Below are positions 1 through 12,600 of a DNA stretch of 64,000 nucleotides, piece after piece (the first letter of the stretch is position 1; each line of letters opens with the position of its first letter). Under the pieces are notes generated by a model that did no database searches, had not been told where the DNA came from, and saw only the letters and a program-made list of their open reading frames with translations. Source of the DNA: Oopsacas minuta (lineage: Eukaryota; Animalia; Porifera); assembly GCA_024704765.1 (NCBI GenBank), contig JAKMXF010000345.1:62001-126000 (forward strand). Direction: 5' to 3'. The position numbers were made by a program, and so were the translations under genes.

Positions 1-414
1 AAATATCGACAATTCGTACTGCGGCATTTCGCACTATAAGAATACACTAAAATCTGACGTCACTTATAATAATCATCCAGGTGTTTTTATGACAACTAAA
101 AAGCTGCTGCACTAATGACATGGACGATGTGTGACGTCCGTCCGTGCGGCCATGCGAAATCGAGTAGTCGAAATTGACGCGAAAATTGATAGATAGATGT
201 TTTGCAAAGACCGCGATAATTGCTTGAATATGCTGAGTTCGTTATAGCCTATGGGATATATGTTACTTTGATTGTTTGGGAGCATATTTGTACAATTTCT
301 GAATTCGATATATCCATGTTCGATAAAATGGAAGTTGACTGTATTTCAAAATATGCTAGAGATTTAGTTTCAACGAATAATGGAACAATAATCCGTTTTT
401 TTGGGTAGAAATAT

Positions 415-585
415 AGCGGGACGGAAGGCAGTAATTCAGCGGGACATCGCGGGACACATCATATTTGTATTAGACTGGACTACAAAAAATCGGGACAATG
501 AGGGCTTCTGGCAAGTTTTGGCGGGACATTAGCTTCATTGGCCCTCAACTCATGTCCGAAAAAACTGGGCAGTTGGCAAGTACGG
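415..585. repeat. Cluster of (g)cgggac motifs, likely hAT subterminal remnant
   Basis: Five cgggac copies between about 416 and 527 in an AT-rich intron, followed by cagttggcaag, a TIR-like end. Confidence 0.45.
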
Positions 586-643
586 GTCCAATACCCGAGC
601 TACACAATTTGTATTGTATATCTACTATAATGTATTTCTCTAG

Positions 644-3600
644 TACCAGCTGGCTACTGCACAACTCCACGTCTTAAAAAAGCCAACTCAATGAAATATT
701 TCGGCCCAGTTGAAGGCTCAATGCCTAAACTAGGTCATATCCTACGTGAACTCTACGATACAGAAATAGAATACGTGAATTCATTAGAGAAAACTGTTCA
801 TATTTACTTGAACGCTCTGATGAAGGAAAAAGGGCCAAATATTAAAACTCTGTGTTATAAAATTTTCGGTAATATTCAAGATATTCTGCATTTCCATCAA
901 GATATCTTCCTACCAAGATTAGAGGAGGTATATCATAGTGCTGGAGAGGTGAGTGATAATTATTTGGAATTCTGTTGCTAAAATTCGCATCGGCAATGAA
1001 ATTCGTCAAGTTAACATTTTGCAAATTTCCCCGAGATTACAATTATTGGATTTCTCGTTATTCCCCACATTACACTCCAAATTATTCAGAAATATAGCGA
1101 AAAAAGCAAAATTTAATGACATCTTGAAAATTCTAAATACAGTCAACTATATTTGTACAATTTAAGACTTCGATAATCTGCGAATTTCGCCATATCCGCG
1201 GTATCTGTTATAATAGTTTTTCTCTCTCCCTCTAGGTGTCAGCTTTATTGCTTGAACATTACGAAAACTTCATGAGACTATATGTCAAATACTGTCTCAT
1301 GATTTGTGAATCAAGCCAACTTTTAAAATCCAAAAACCTAAAAGCTTTTTTCAAATCAATCCGTGAAGAATACAAAGATAAACAGAGCCTCTCTGGCTAC
1401 CTTATACGTCCCGTGCAGCGTATAACCAGATATGAATTGATGTTAGATCAAATGATAAACACATATCATAAAGCTAATGTACCTTGTTGGAATATTGAGC
1501 ATGCTTACACTGTTATAAAGGAGGTTCCTACTCTTGCTGATAATGCTATGAGATTGAATTCTATACTGAATTATAAGGAACATTTTAATGGTGAGTATTA
1601 TTGAGGGGTTGTCGAATTGTCGAGCACTTAAAAGTGGCAGTTCAGTAGCCATGAACGGCAAAGTATCGATCGTATGACTCAAATTAGTACAGGACCAATA
1701 TTTTACCGTTCAAAAAAGTGCTGTTGCTTAGTATTTTAAGATTCTTGTTAAGTAACACCATGTACACTCATATCGTAGTATTTGAGGAGAGTATAGAATT
1801 CTGAGATTTATGTATGTAACACGAATTGTACATGTGGTTCATTGTAATTTGGTGGTAAATGTGTGCTGAGATTCTGTGTGTCCATGGTGTTACTTAATAC
1901 TACGCATCAGTTCTATCCCTGGAGAGTCCCCTAGTATTATTGTACAGAATTGGAATTCCGCGAATTTCGTTGTTTTATATGATAGCTGTATTAAATTGAG
2001 GCTTGTAACATAGAGCTGCGTGGCTGTTTTAGTGTCACGATATGTGGTCCATAAGAATTCTTTTGGATAGACTATGGATAAGAATTTCATAATTTCCTCT
2101 ACTTCTGTTCGACCATTTGGAATTCGCCTAATAGCAAGTTTTTTTAGGGACTTAGTGTCCATTTTGTATTGGGAATTATCCCTCTAATAGCAAGTTCGCG
2201 TATTCGCAAGGGAAATTCGTTCAAAATACGACCTGCAAATAGGCGAACTCCAAAGTATTTCTCTTAATGCGAGGCATGTAATGCTGAGTATGCCTCTCTT
2301 CCCGCAGCGACCAAAAGTACTATATGAAATTTCTCTGATTTGTAATTAAGATGAATTCGAGGCATAAAGTGTAGAGCATACGGCAGTCACGCAGTGACCT
2401 AGAAAGAGGCTCCAAATCCTGGATCTGCCACTTAACAAATCTTTGGACATGAATACATACTTACCAACCCTTCCAAGATCCCTATTATCCCGGGATTGCA
2501 CGTCTTATCTAGGTGTAAATTTTGAAAATCACTGAGAATATTTCTATTTTTTGTTATATTTCTGGATATTTTCGGGTGGGATAGGGAATATGTACAAAGG
2601 TTGGGAAGAATGTGAATATGAAATCACACAAACATATTTACATTTTTTCTATATTGTTTAATACGTATTATAGGTTCAATCTACAATTTTTAGTGACGTA
2701 ACTTTTATTAGGCTAATTTCTGCAATAAATATTTTGCATCAAAACAATAGTTCTCGAATTGTTAATGAGAAATCTCAGGATAGTTGTCCATATAATACTT
2801 GGTAATAATGTGACTTACACGAGTCTAACAATGCCAAAATCTGACATTTCGATGATAACCTACACGTATAATACATTCAGATAAATCACATATAACGTAT
2901 GATACGTTATACACGTATTATACACAACTTAGTATTTTTTCACTACAATCTGTTTTTATCGCGATACTAAATTTCTTCTTCACAGTTAAACATCTCCGTC
3001 AACTTCGACTCCACAATATTTTCATAGTATCAGATAGAGACAAGCGTTTTACTCACAAGAAGTACTACGTATTTCTAATGGTTGATAGGATAATTTTCAC
3101 GAAAATCTGCTGTGATTTATCTGAGACTGAATTACTTTGTACTTACAAGAGTGAATTGTTAATCGAGGAGGATTGCGTGTCGATTAAATGCGAATATGTC
3201 CCCGACAAAGATCAGAGGATTTTCGTACTATTAAAAGGTAAGAAAGAAATTTACATGCAAGCGGAAAAGATTGAGATAAAGGAGAAATGGATTTCACAGA
3301 TTCGAGAGTTGGTTACACAAGAACAACCTGTAAGTCCTGCCCTCACGAATTCTGAGATCCCAATTGAGCCCTCACCTCCGCCATATGATGAATATTGGAA
3401 AGCAAACGAACAACATCAACATCATCATCAACAACAACAACAACAAGGCTCAAATACAGATGAAGAATCTAATGAAGATGTTGATTCTGATCTTGTTGAT
3501 ATGAAGCATTATGTTGTTGTGGAAGATTTTAATCCTGATGAGACTATGAATGGGTTTATTGCGCTTAGGAAAGGACAGATATATGAGGTTAGTTTATTTA

Positions 3601-6600
3601 TTATTATTTGTGTAATTATTCGCTAATTACTTACATCCTAGCATGACGGAAGAACAACCAGACGTGGGTTTCTTGGCGGGACTGCAATGACATAGTTGCA
3701 TTAACCAAGGTTAAAACCGATCAAACTGAATATCAGTATTCATGAATAGCAACCTAACCTAATATTGATATTATTCGGTTTGAGCAACCGAATACCGAAT
3801 ACCGAATACTGATATCCGGTTGGTAACTGAATATTGAACTATTTGGTTGCAACTTTGCATTAAACTCACATGCAAATTGTGCGACATTTTCAATTTTGGG
3901 AATGTTTTGCCGCAGTGTTGCCATATGCCCAGATTAAGAACGAATTTCAAAACTGTTTGATTTGGTATGAACTTTTTAGACTTATGGCAAGAACTTTGCA
4001 TGAACCATGAACTTTGGCATAAAACTTCTCAGGTCTATAGCATGAACTCAGTGGGTATATCATCCGCGACACTGAAAATCACACTGAGTGCTCGATAATC
4101 AGAAAACACCTTAATCATGTCTATACTATTTCTCACATTTATTTCATGGGTTTCGACCCATCGATCATGAAAATTTGGGTAACCGAAAATGTCATATGAA
4201 TCATTTGATTCTAATTTGAGAACATTCACATGATCCAATACCACATACGTGTAATCCATATGTTATGTCTTATGATATCAAAACTCATGCTTTTTCAAAC
4301 ACTGTACTTCATTTCCTATTTGTTCTCTTGTTTGAGTAAACACGTGCATTCTAATGTTAGTGTTATTTATGTTGCTATAGATTATACTTTGGAATCACTC
4401 GATTTCGCGAAATATTCTTTCTGTAAAAATATATCTCTTTCATATTAATGTTTACTGTTATATATGATCAAACTATTTATTCCAAAATTAGAGTTCTAAC
4501 CATACACTCAGCAGTATTCGCATTCTATAGTAACATTACATTACTTTCAGTTTGAAATGCAATAATAATCCGTCTACTGCCCTGCATGCAGCGGTTCCCA
4601 ACCTGGGGCTACGGACGACAGCAGGGAAGTGATCACAAAATCTATCGTAGTCTATGGGAGGGGATAACCATTTATAATAATTTACAGCTAAACTTTAGCG
4701 TATTTTTGTGATACATTTTCTCGATTCAAGTAATCATCATAATAAATTCGTGAATTAACCAACTCTTATAAATGCTAGATTTACGGTAGATTACTATAGC
4801 TATTCACCAACTTAAATGCTGAAGTATTTTACTAGCTTAGTCAGCAGTTCCCATCCTCCAATTTGGGAACAGCTGAGCTAAGTGATATATTAGTTACTTA
4901 GAAAGCGAACAAAATTTAATACCAATTGACCCTACTGGTTACTAAGGTAGAATCGTTACGTAATGTCACCTACTGTAATTGCTTAACACCATTGTGTATG
5001 TTATACTGTATTTAGATGATATAATAGCATTTAATAGCTCAAAGAAATAATGAAAGCAAGCAGCTGGTACTTATGCCACACTACAAAACTAAATTAGTTA
5101 AACTGATTCTGGTGCGAAAAATATTGTTGATAATTGTCTAGTTGTTCCATTAAATATTCTTTCTCTTGAATCAGAAAATCTTTCTCCTGTTTCAGTACAT
5201 TAATACTTCTCTTCATAACTTCATTCTGTTGTCTGTTCTTACTCCGTAATCTTTGTGCAGCTTTATTGTTCCTACCTTGATGACGTATTCGTTTAATGTG
5301 GTTCTTCTCTTCAAGGGTGAATGGTCCATTTTTAAGTATTTGATTCAACTCTTGTAATGAAATGTCAAAAGCTATTTTCTCTGAGTCGAGTAAATCAAGG
5401 AAGGGTGTCTCATCGATTTCTATATGCCATTGAGGTTGTAAGAATTTTTTAGCAGAAATGCATTTCTCTCCCTTTTCCCTATCTTTGGGCGAGAGCGTGT
5501 TTGTGAAATTCATTTCCAAATCGCGAAATTCGCATTGAAATTCATCACCACGATCATTGACAATATCAGTGCTTAAAGAATTTGAAAATGAACAAGGAGA
5601 AAAAGACATTTTCAGTTCCGATTTGGACTTTTATCAATTCAGAGTTGTATTTATATATATTTGCTCTCATTTACAGATATGTAAAACTAATTCAAGAACA
5701 GGATGTAAGAACTGATTTTCCTTAAAGAATTCCTAATTCGTAACATTGAAGGTTCAATGAAAGTATACAACATTAGAAATTCGAACTAATTTCTGGAATT
5801 AGTTTCGCTATAAACTATTACTTAGTAAATATATTATGTTTGAGTTTTGTGATCAAAAGCAAATGTGAAAGTCTTTCTATTCGTTAAGAAAGTGTCTGTT
5901 TAGAACAGGGATACTAATCCAATCCTATCAAATATATCAAATATTGGGCTTTCAACAATCGATACTTTCTTAACAATCTAATCGATATCGACAATCATGA
6001 ATTTTATCGATTTTTCAGTGATATTTTCAATCTATGTATCCATTAATCGACTGAAGGCCTGTAACACTTCGCATACTACCCTCCGTCCCTCCCGTTGTAG
6101 CGTAATATAACGTTTGAATGGTCCATAATTAAAGGAAAAAATTATAAAAAATATCATGAACTCCGTCGATAAATATCCAATCGATAAATGTTGGCGACAA
6201 TCCAATCGACTCTCGAATACAGCAGATTTGCTACTTGAAATAGTAAACCAGCTGTATTAGAGAGAGATATATGATGAAATTTATGGCTAAGTGCATGTGC
6301 ATAGACGCAACAAGGGCAATTTTAGAAGGCATATGTGGATTCAGATTCTACTATAATACAAAAAGTATTGGATGGTAAGTCGGAATGACGTCATTCACAG
6401 ACTTGCGTACCTACATTTCAATTCCCGTTATATCGTACATGGATATATCGAAGTCTGAAATTATACAACTATGTCTCCAAACTGTCAAAAGAATACATTT
6501 CATAGTGATATCGAACTCCGCTTATATCTAAGTATCACGGTCTCTTGAGCTTCGATATCACCGGAATTGACTGTAGTTGCGACTATGCCAAATTGTGTAT

Positions 6601-9600
6601 CATACCATGAATATTCATACAGACGATTTACTATTCAAGTCCAAATTGCGAATAATAAGTTAAATGAGATTTGGACATGTACGATAATTCAAAAATCGTA
6701 TATTAGACAATTGTAATTACAAATATTTTATGTGTGAAACTTATCAAACATTGGCGGAAAAGCACTTTACAATTGAGTAATAGAAAATTCAGCAATTTGA
6801 CCACTGGCACATCAAATATAATTCATAGATGGATCATAATCAAAACAAAATATCGTTAAATACAACCAAGTTTTGCTTCAAATATCAAAGAAATTACGTC
6901 ATTACCACAATTAAAATGATAAATTTTTGGAAATAGAATGACCGCGTTTAAATGTAGCAACTAACGAGCCAGATAGCATTTACTGAGTCGCTCTAGATTG
7001 TAAAGATTAATCATATGATGACAAATCCATAAAATGTCCTTTATTTACTCACATATTTCAAGTACGAAACGCCGAGAGCAAATTAACAAAAATCGTGAAA
7101 TATTGCTGTGTGCAAGCTAAGCCAGTTAGTATATTATAAAATATAATCATATAAGACACCTCAAGAGAATTCCGAAAATTTAAGGTATAAAGCAAACACT
7201 GTATATCCAACAAATCAGTTGAACAAAAATGCAGAATATCTCAAGAGGAGTTTACGTGTTCAATGTAATACTAATTGTATTGGAAAATTATTAAACAAAT
7301 ATGTGAGCACACGTAATTGTTTTCAAAATAAATCCCTATTTGGGCATACAATTAGCAATCAACGAAAATTTGTGATGTGTGCGTAAGCCCATTCTAAAAA
7401 TTTGAAATGTTGTCATGGCTGTGTTAATGGTGATATTGATATTGATATTGATGGTTGTGTTTGAAATATAGAAGCATTTACATAGATAAATTTAAAATAT
7501 TTTTTGCATTTTTGACATATGTCTTCGAATGCAATTACGTAGAAGGGAATATCGCGAAAATGTTGTGGGAATCCAAAATATGTATTGAGATAATTATAGT
7601 AGTACTAACGCGGGTAATACGATTATTTACACAAAATCATGTCTTCATAATGGTTATTCTATTGGTATTACTCCAGTTGATACGAACTCGGGAAAACTTT
7701 TGACCGTCCATTCTTGTTCGTAGTAACGAAGTTCCACTGTACAGAAGACTGCTTAATACGGTCCATTCGGGTCCAGGCCATTTTCTACAATGGAACTTCG
7801 TTAATACAAACACTGACAGACGTTCAAAATTTGTTCGTCTTATCCGGAAATTCGTATTAACGAGGTTCCACTGTATTTGTATAGTATCCATTCTGGCCAG
7901 GTGACACTATTATAAATTCGACGATCATTTCCATATACTACTATAATGAGATTTAAGCGTAAAACATTAAAAATCAATCTACATAAACGAATTATAACGA
8001 AATTAACTATTTCTAAGAATTTCAATGGAAACTGCTAAAATGAACTTTCAATAAATACATTGTCTACCATCTGAACTCCATAATAAGCAATAATAGATTT
8101 TAATATATTGAAACAAATCATTACTGGTCTAGCCCATTATCAAATAGTATGCTACGATAAATATTTATCAAAACGATTGAAAGCTGTCGCTTTACATCAT
8201 GTCGTGTTCCAGAAAATATATTTGTAATGGGAATACGTTTGTAATTGAAGAAAATATATAAATACAACTTCAATAGTGAAAAATCATATTGAAAACGAAT
8301 ATTCTAAAAATGAGCTTTTCACCAAATGACATGAGAACTAGTGATTTTCAACGCAAATTTCGCGATTTGGAAATGAATTTCACAAACACGCTCTCGCCCA
8401 AAGATAGGGAAAAGGGAGAGAAATGCATTTCTGCTAAAAAATTCTTACAACCTCAATGGCATATAGAAATCGATGAGACACCCTTCCTTGATTTACTCGA
8501 CTCAGAGAAAATAGCTTTTGACATTTCATTACAAGAGTTGAATCAAATACTTAAAAATGGACCATTCACCCTTGAAGAGAAGAACCACATTAAACGAATA
8601 CGTCATCAAGGTAGGAACAATAAAGCTGCACAAAGATTACGAAGTAAGAACAGACAACAGAATGAAGTTATGAAGAGAAGTATTAATGTACTGAAACAGG
8701 AGAAAGATTTTCTGATTCAAGAGAAAGAATATTTAATGGAACAACTAGACAATTATCAACAATATTTTTCGCAACAGAATCAGTTTAACTAATTTAGTTT
8801 TGTAGTGTGGCATAAGTACCAGCTGCTTGCTTTCATTATTTCTTTGAGCTATTAAATGCTATTATATAATTTTAGTAATTTGATTTTTCAGGGGTTCAAT
8901 GACTTGGCTCCAAACCAATTCCCAATTATACCAGTATGTAGCAACTTCCATTATCCGAAATTTCTCGACCATCCAAAGTGTCTACCCAGAATCAACACCA
9001 CCATAATACAAAAAGTATAGACGAAATTGTCATGACGTCATCTTTGTCCACCCAGTTTCAGGAGCTTAGTTGGACTATATACCTCCCTAATGAGTTCAGA
9101 TTGTGACTGTAGATTTTTATTCAAAATTCGATATGATTTCTGTTCAAATTTCAAAATATAAATATTTTCTAACTATAATGCCCTCGATTAATCGAGGGTA
9201 CAAGATTGCGTATTTTTCATAAGACTCTTGGATAACAATTGATAATCAAATAGTCAATGGCAGTGGGTACGCGAACCGCATAAAATAGACCAAAGAAAGT
9301 CCGCGGGTGAAAAAAGGTTGAGAACCACTGGTCTATTGGGACGTATTTTCCTGTGCTGACAATACTTTTGTAGACTGGCTTTGAGTTTGAAAATTGTTGT
9401 ATTATTAATTTTTTCGAAAATTTGAATATTTTCTACGAGAAAATATTTTTTGTCTTCGTATTAGGAAATTTGCTTCCTTTCCGACAGTATTTGCGAAAGT
9501 TTGTTTTTATTGCCCGAAAGTTTAATTGTCTGTCTTGCCTAATTGTTTACTGAAAAACCATTTATGTGAACTAGCAATTACTATCGAGACATTATACCTA

Positions 9601-12600
9601 GTAGCTATTGAAATTTTCAAAATCTACATAGCTGACTTCCTGTAAATTTTATTGATATTAACAGGCAACCATATTTTAACTTAAAGCGGTCAGCAATTGA
9701 ATTAATCTGGCTATGATCGTGTCATTTCATTCAGATAGTGTAACTTTGGATAATTCATGAAAATGCATCGAATGTCAGCTTAATTAATAAGCCATCACAG
9801 TGGCGAATTACGTCATATTTGAACAACCATTTCAATACTGGCCCATTTGTAGTTTTGACAGAAGAAATAATTGAATACAGACCAACATAACAATTACAGT
9901 AGTTCTCGGAAAAGACGTAATCCCTCGGGAAACAAAAATATGTATATACTTTGCATTTTGCAATTTGTATGATTTCGTAAACTCCCGTTATATCGAAGCT
10001 TAAGGGACCGCGATAATTACTTCGATCTAGCCTATGACATTTATGTTACTTTGAAGGTTTGTGACCATATTTGTACAATTTCAGATTTCGATATATCCGT
10101 GTTCGATATAACAGGAGTTGTCCATATATGCCAACCGAAAACAAAAGTAAATACAACTTTCACTTTTCTATTAATATACCAAGAAATTCCTATTTTTTCG
10201 TAATCCACAGTCAACAAACAAGCTTCTAACCTATTAAAAGTTTCATGATTTAAATGTTACACAACCTCAAAGCTTGTTGTGTCTCTACACTATAGTAATT
10301 ATTATTAAGCATTTTTTTGGAATTTTGAAAATTCATAATATAATTTCATATTAACATTCTCGTTTATGCATTTTTCTATGTAATTATATGAGATAAATTC
10401 GTTTCTTAATGTTTATTATGGCTGATGAACATTAAACTTTGTTCAAGCTCATTGTGATTAGTAATGTATTTATTGCCTTTGATTCGCCATAAACATCCGA
10501 CTCTTTTATTCAGAGGGATAGACTTAGCTCTAAGAAGATTGAATAATAGATATTTTCCATAGTTTTGTCTGATGGTGATTTTCATACCTTGAAATACAAT
10601 GACCTATTTAATAAACTTGAACAAGTTTGGCTTGAATTATGGGAAAAAATGTGATTTTAGATTCTACTCAATTATCATAGAATTATAGCGAAATATTTGG
10701 TATTAGTAAAATGGTTCAGAGTACATGGAACCTCAACTAACGAGCCTTTAGAAACCGGGAACTTCTGTGGAAACAGAGTGTAACTAAATAGAGCGAATTT
10801 CTAATACCATACAAATGAACCTCCACAGACAAGGAATTTGACGGGAACTGGGTAACATTTTTCAGCGTCCCTAACACTCTGTTTGTGGAGGTACACTGTA
10901 GTGTCAGAAAGGGCGAATTTTTCCTAATAAATACGAATTAAGCACTTGGTTTTATAAATTTTGTCAAACTAGGCTAGTGAGCCACTTCCGTAAAAGTTGA
11001 GAACAGTTGGCTCTGTCTTTTGAAGTTTCAGACCTCAGATACAAATATGCTCTACTTATTGCTGAAACAGTACAAATCATATGTAAATTACTTTCTTACA
11101 AGTAATTATTAATGTACAATTGTAAATGATGGGTAAATGTGAAATGATAGTAGTTACTATGGTGCAGATTTATGACCAATGGAATGCAATAGTTCAGTGG
11201 ATTTGAAGAAAAATATTTGTTTGATTTTTATCGAAAATTTCAATGTCAGCAAATGCTGCGGAATAGCTAATCCTATTTTGGAAGACATAATATGTATTGT
11301 CTGCATGGACAATATAATAGTGTATAGAATTGGAATCGTGTAATTCATGTCACAATAAATATGATAAATCAGCTGATAATGATTGAGAGGTAATAGCAGA
11401 GAAAGTTATTTCACAGGTGATCATGGAGGTATAATTAATCTGAAACTTATTACAAAAGTTCTACTTCATTTCTGATCTAATTTGTGTAGTATAACCTGTC
11501 ATTACGACTACCTGCTGTTCTGAATTACAGTGAAACCTCGTTAATACGAATTTCCTGTTAAGACGTACAGAATTTTACACAATTTGAGTCCGTACAACGG
11601 TTATTCAATTGTTTTTACTCCGGATAAGGAGTACAAATCTCGACGGTCCCTTGGTGCACGTATTAACGAGGTTCTACTGTATATGCTATCAAATAGCAAA
11701 TGGCAAGTGGTCGCTCGTGTCAGAGGTAGTAAAAACAGTTACCATTGTGGTTTCCTTGAGCCAACTCAGGCCAGAAAATTTAGTTGGAAACACCCCAAAA
11801 CAATGCAAACTGCCTAAACATCCACTATCCGAGCTGGAATTTGCCCTCGACTGAATTTTACTCATTTTCTATACATTTTCTCTAGGTACAATACAAAGAA
11901 CTATCTCACTGGTACATAGTACTAATCGCACATATTAATCCTAATTCTTCAGAGTATTGGAGTGGATTTGAAGGATTTGCCTATTCACAATTTTTATCCG
12001 TGTATTCTCCTGATGTAGAAGTTTCCCCTGATAACGGCGTTTCGCCCGTTTCCAACCAAAATAACGAACAAACAGAGATTATTACACATCATCAAAGTCT
12101 ACCTATAGCTCATGAAAAGGCCATTTTCCGCAAACCGGACGTGTTAGATTCTTTGATTGAATCTGATCATATATACAGCCCACATGTGCCTAAGAAAAGC
12201 TCTAAAGCTGGTAGGTTTCGTCAGAATTATTGTGTAAAATTCCGTTCAACGTTCAAACGATAAGTAAGTAAAAATCCGCCAAAATTTGACAAACCAATTC
12301 CTCTTCCAAAGTCACAATATATTGGACAAAAATGTCTTGCACAGATAATTCATGGTTGTTTCCCAATTATGGACTATTATAATTATCCATAGCCCAGCTG
12401 CTGTATCTTACAAACTAAGCTACAAGAGATGTGGTAATAATGTATGACCCTTATGATAATTCCCCAGGATTTTTGAAAAAATAATCATTTTTACATCCAT
12501 AAATAGCAACTTCAGGCAGTAAACGGCGCATAACCTTTTTTCCCTGGAATTTCCTGTAAATCTGGGGATAATCCAGGGAGGTGAAATTTCGCGAATTTGT

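Noticed and set aside
220-408. 62-aa ORF and many similar 60-130 aa ORFs across the window (e.g. 7455, 7637, 11584, 26295, 29771, 40779, 43596, 47041)
   Set aside because: They lie on MITE copies or are antisense/off-frame shadows of real exons; no domain signal.
2455-2470. atacttacc (U1 snRNA 5' end), also near 53330
   Set aside because: No U1 stem-loops or Sm site follow.
4035-4259. Minus-strand 74-aa ORF with YVVL..FGYPNFHDRWVE, faintly like the end of a Sec14 domain and mirroring the relic beyond bZIP B
   Set aside because: I see no convincing nucleotide similarity to 9744-9900 and the protein match is too weak by eye; needs tblastn before any claim.
12261-12270. TAA followed directly by a strong GTAAGT donor
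   Set aside because: The upstream donor at 12211 gives the correct phase for exon 12711; a short isoform ending here is possible but unsupported.
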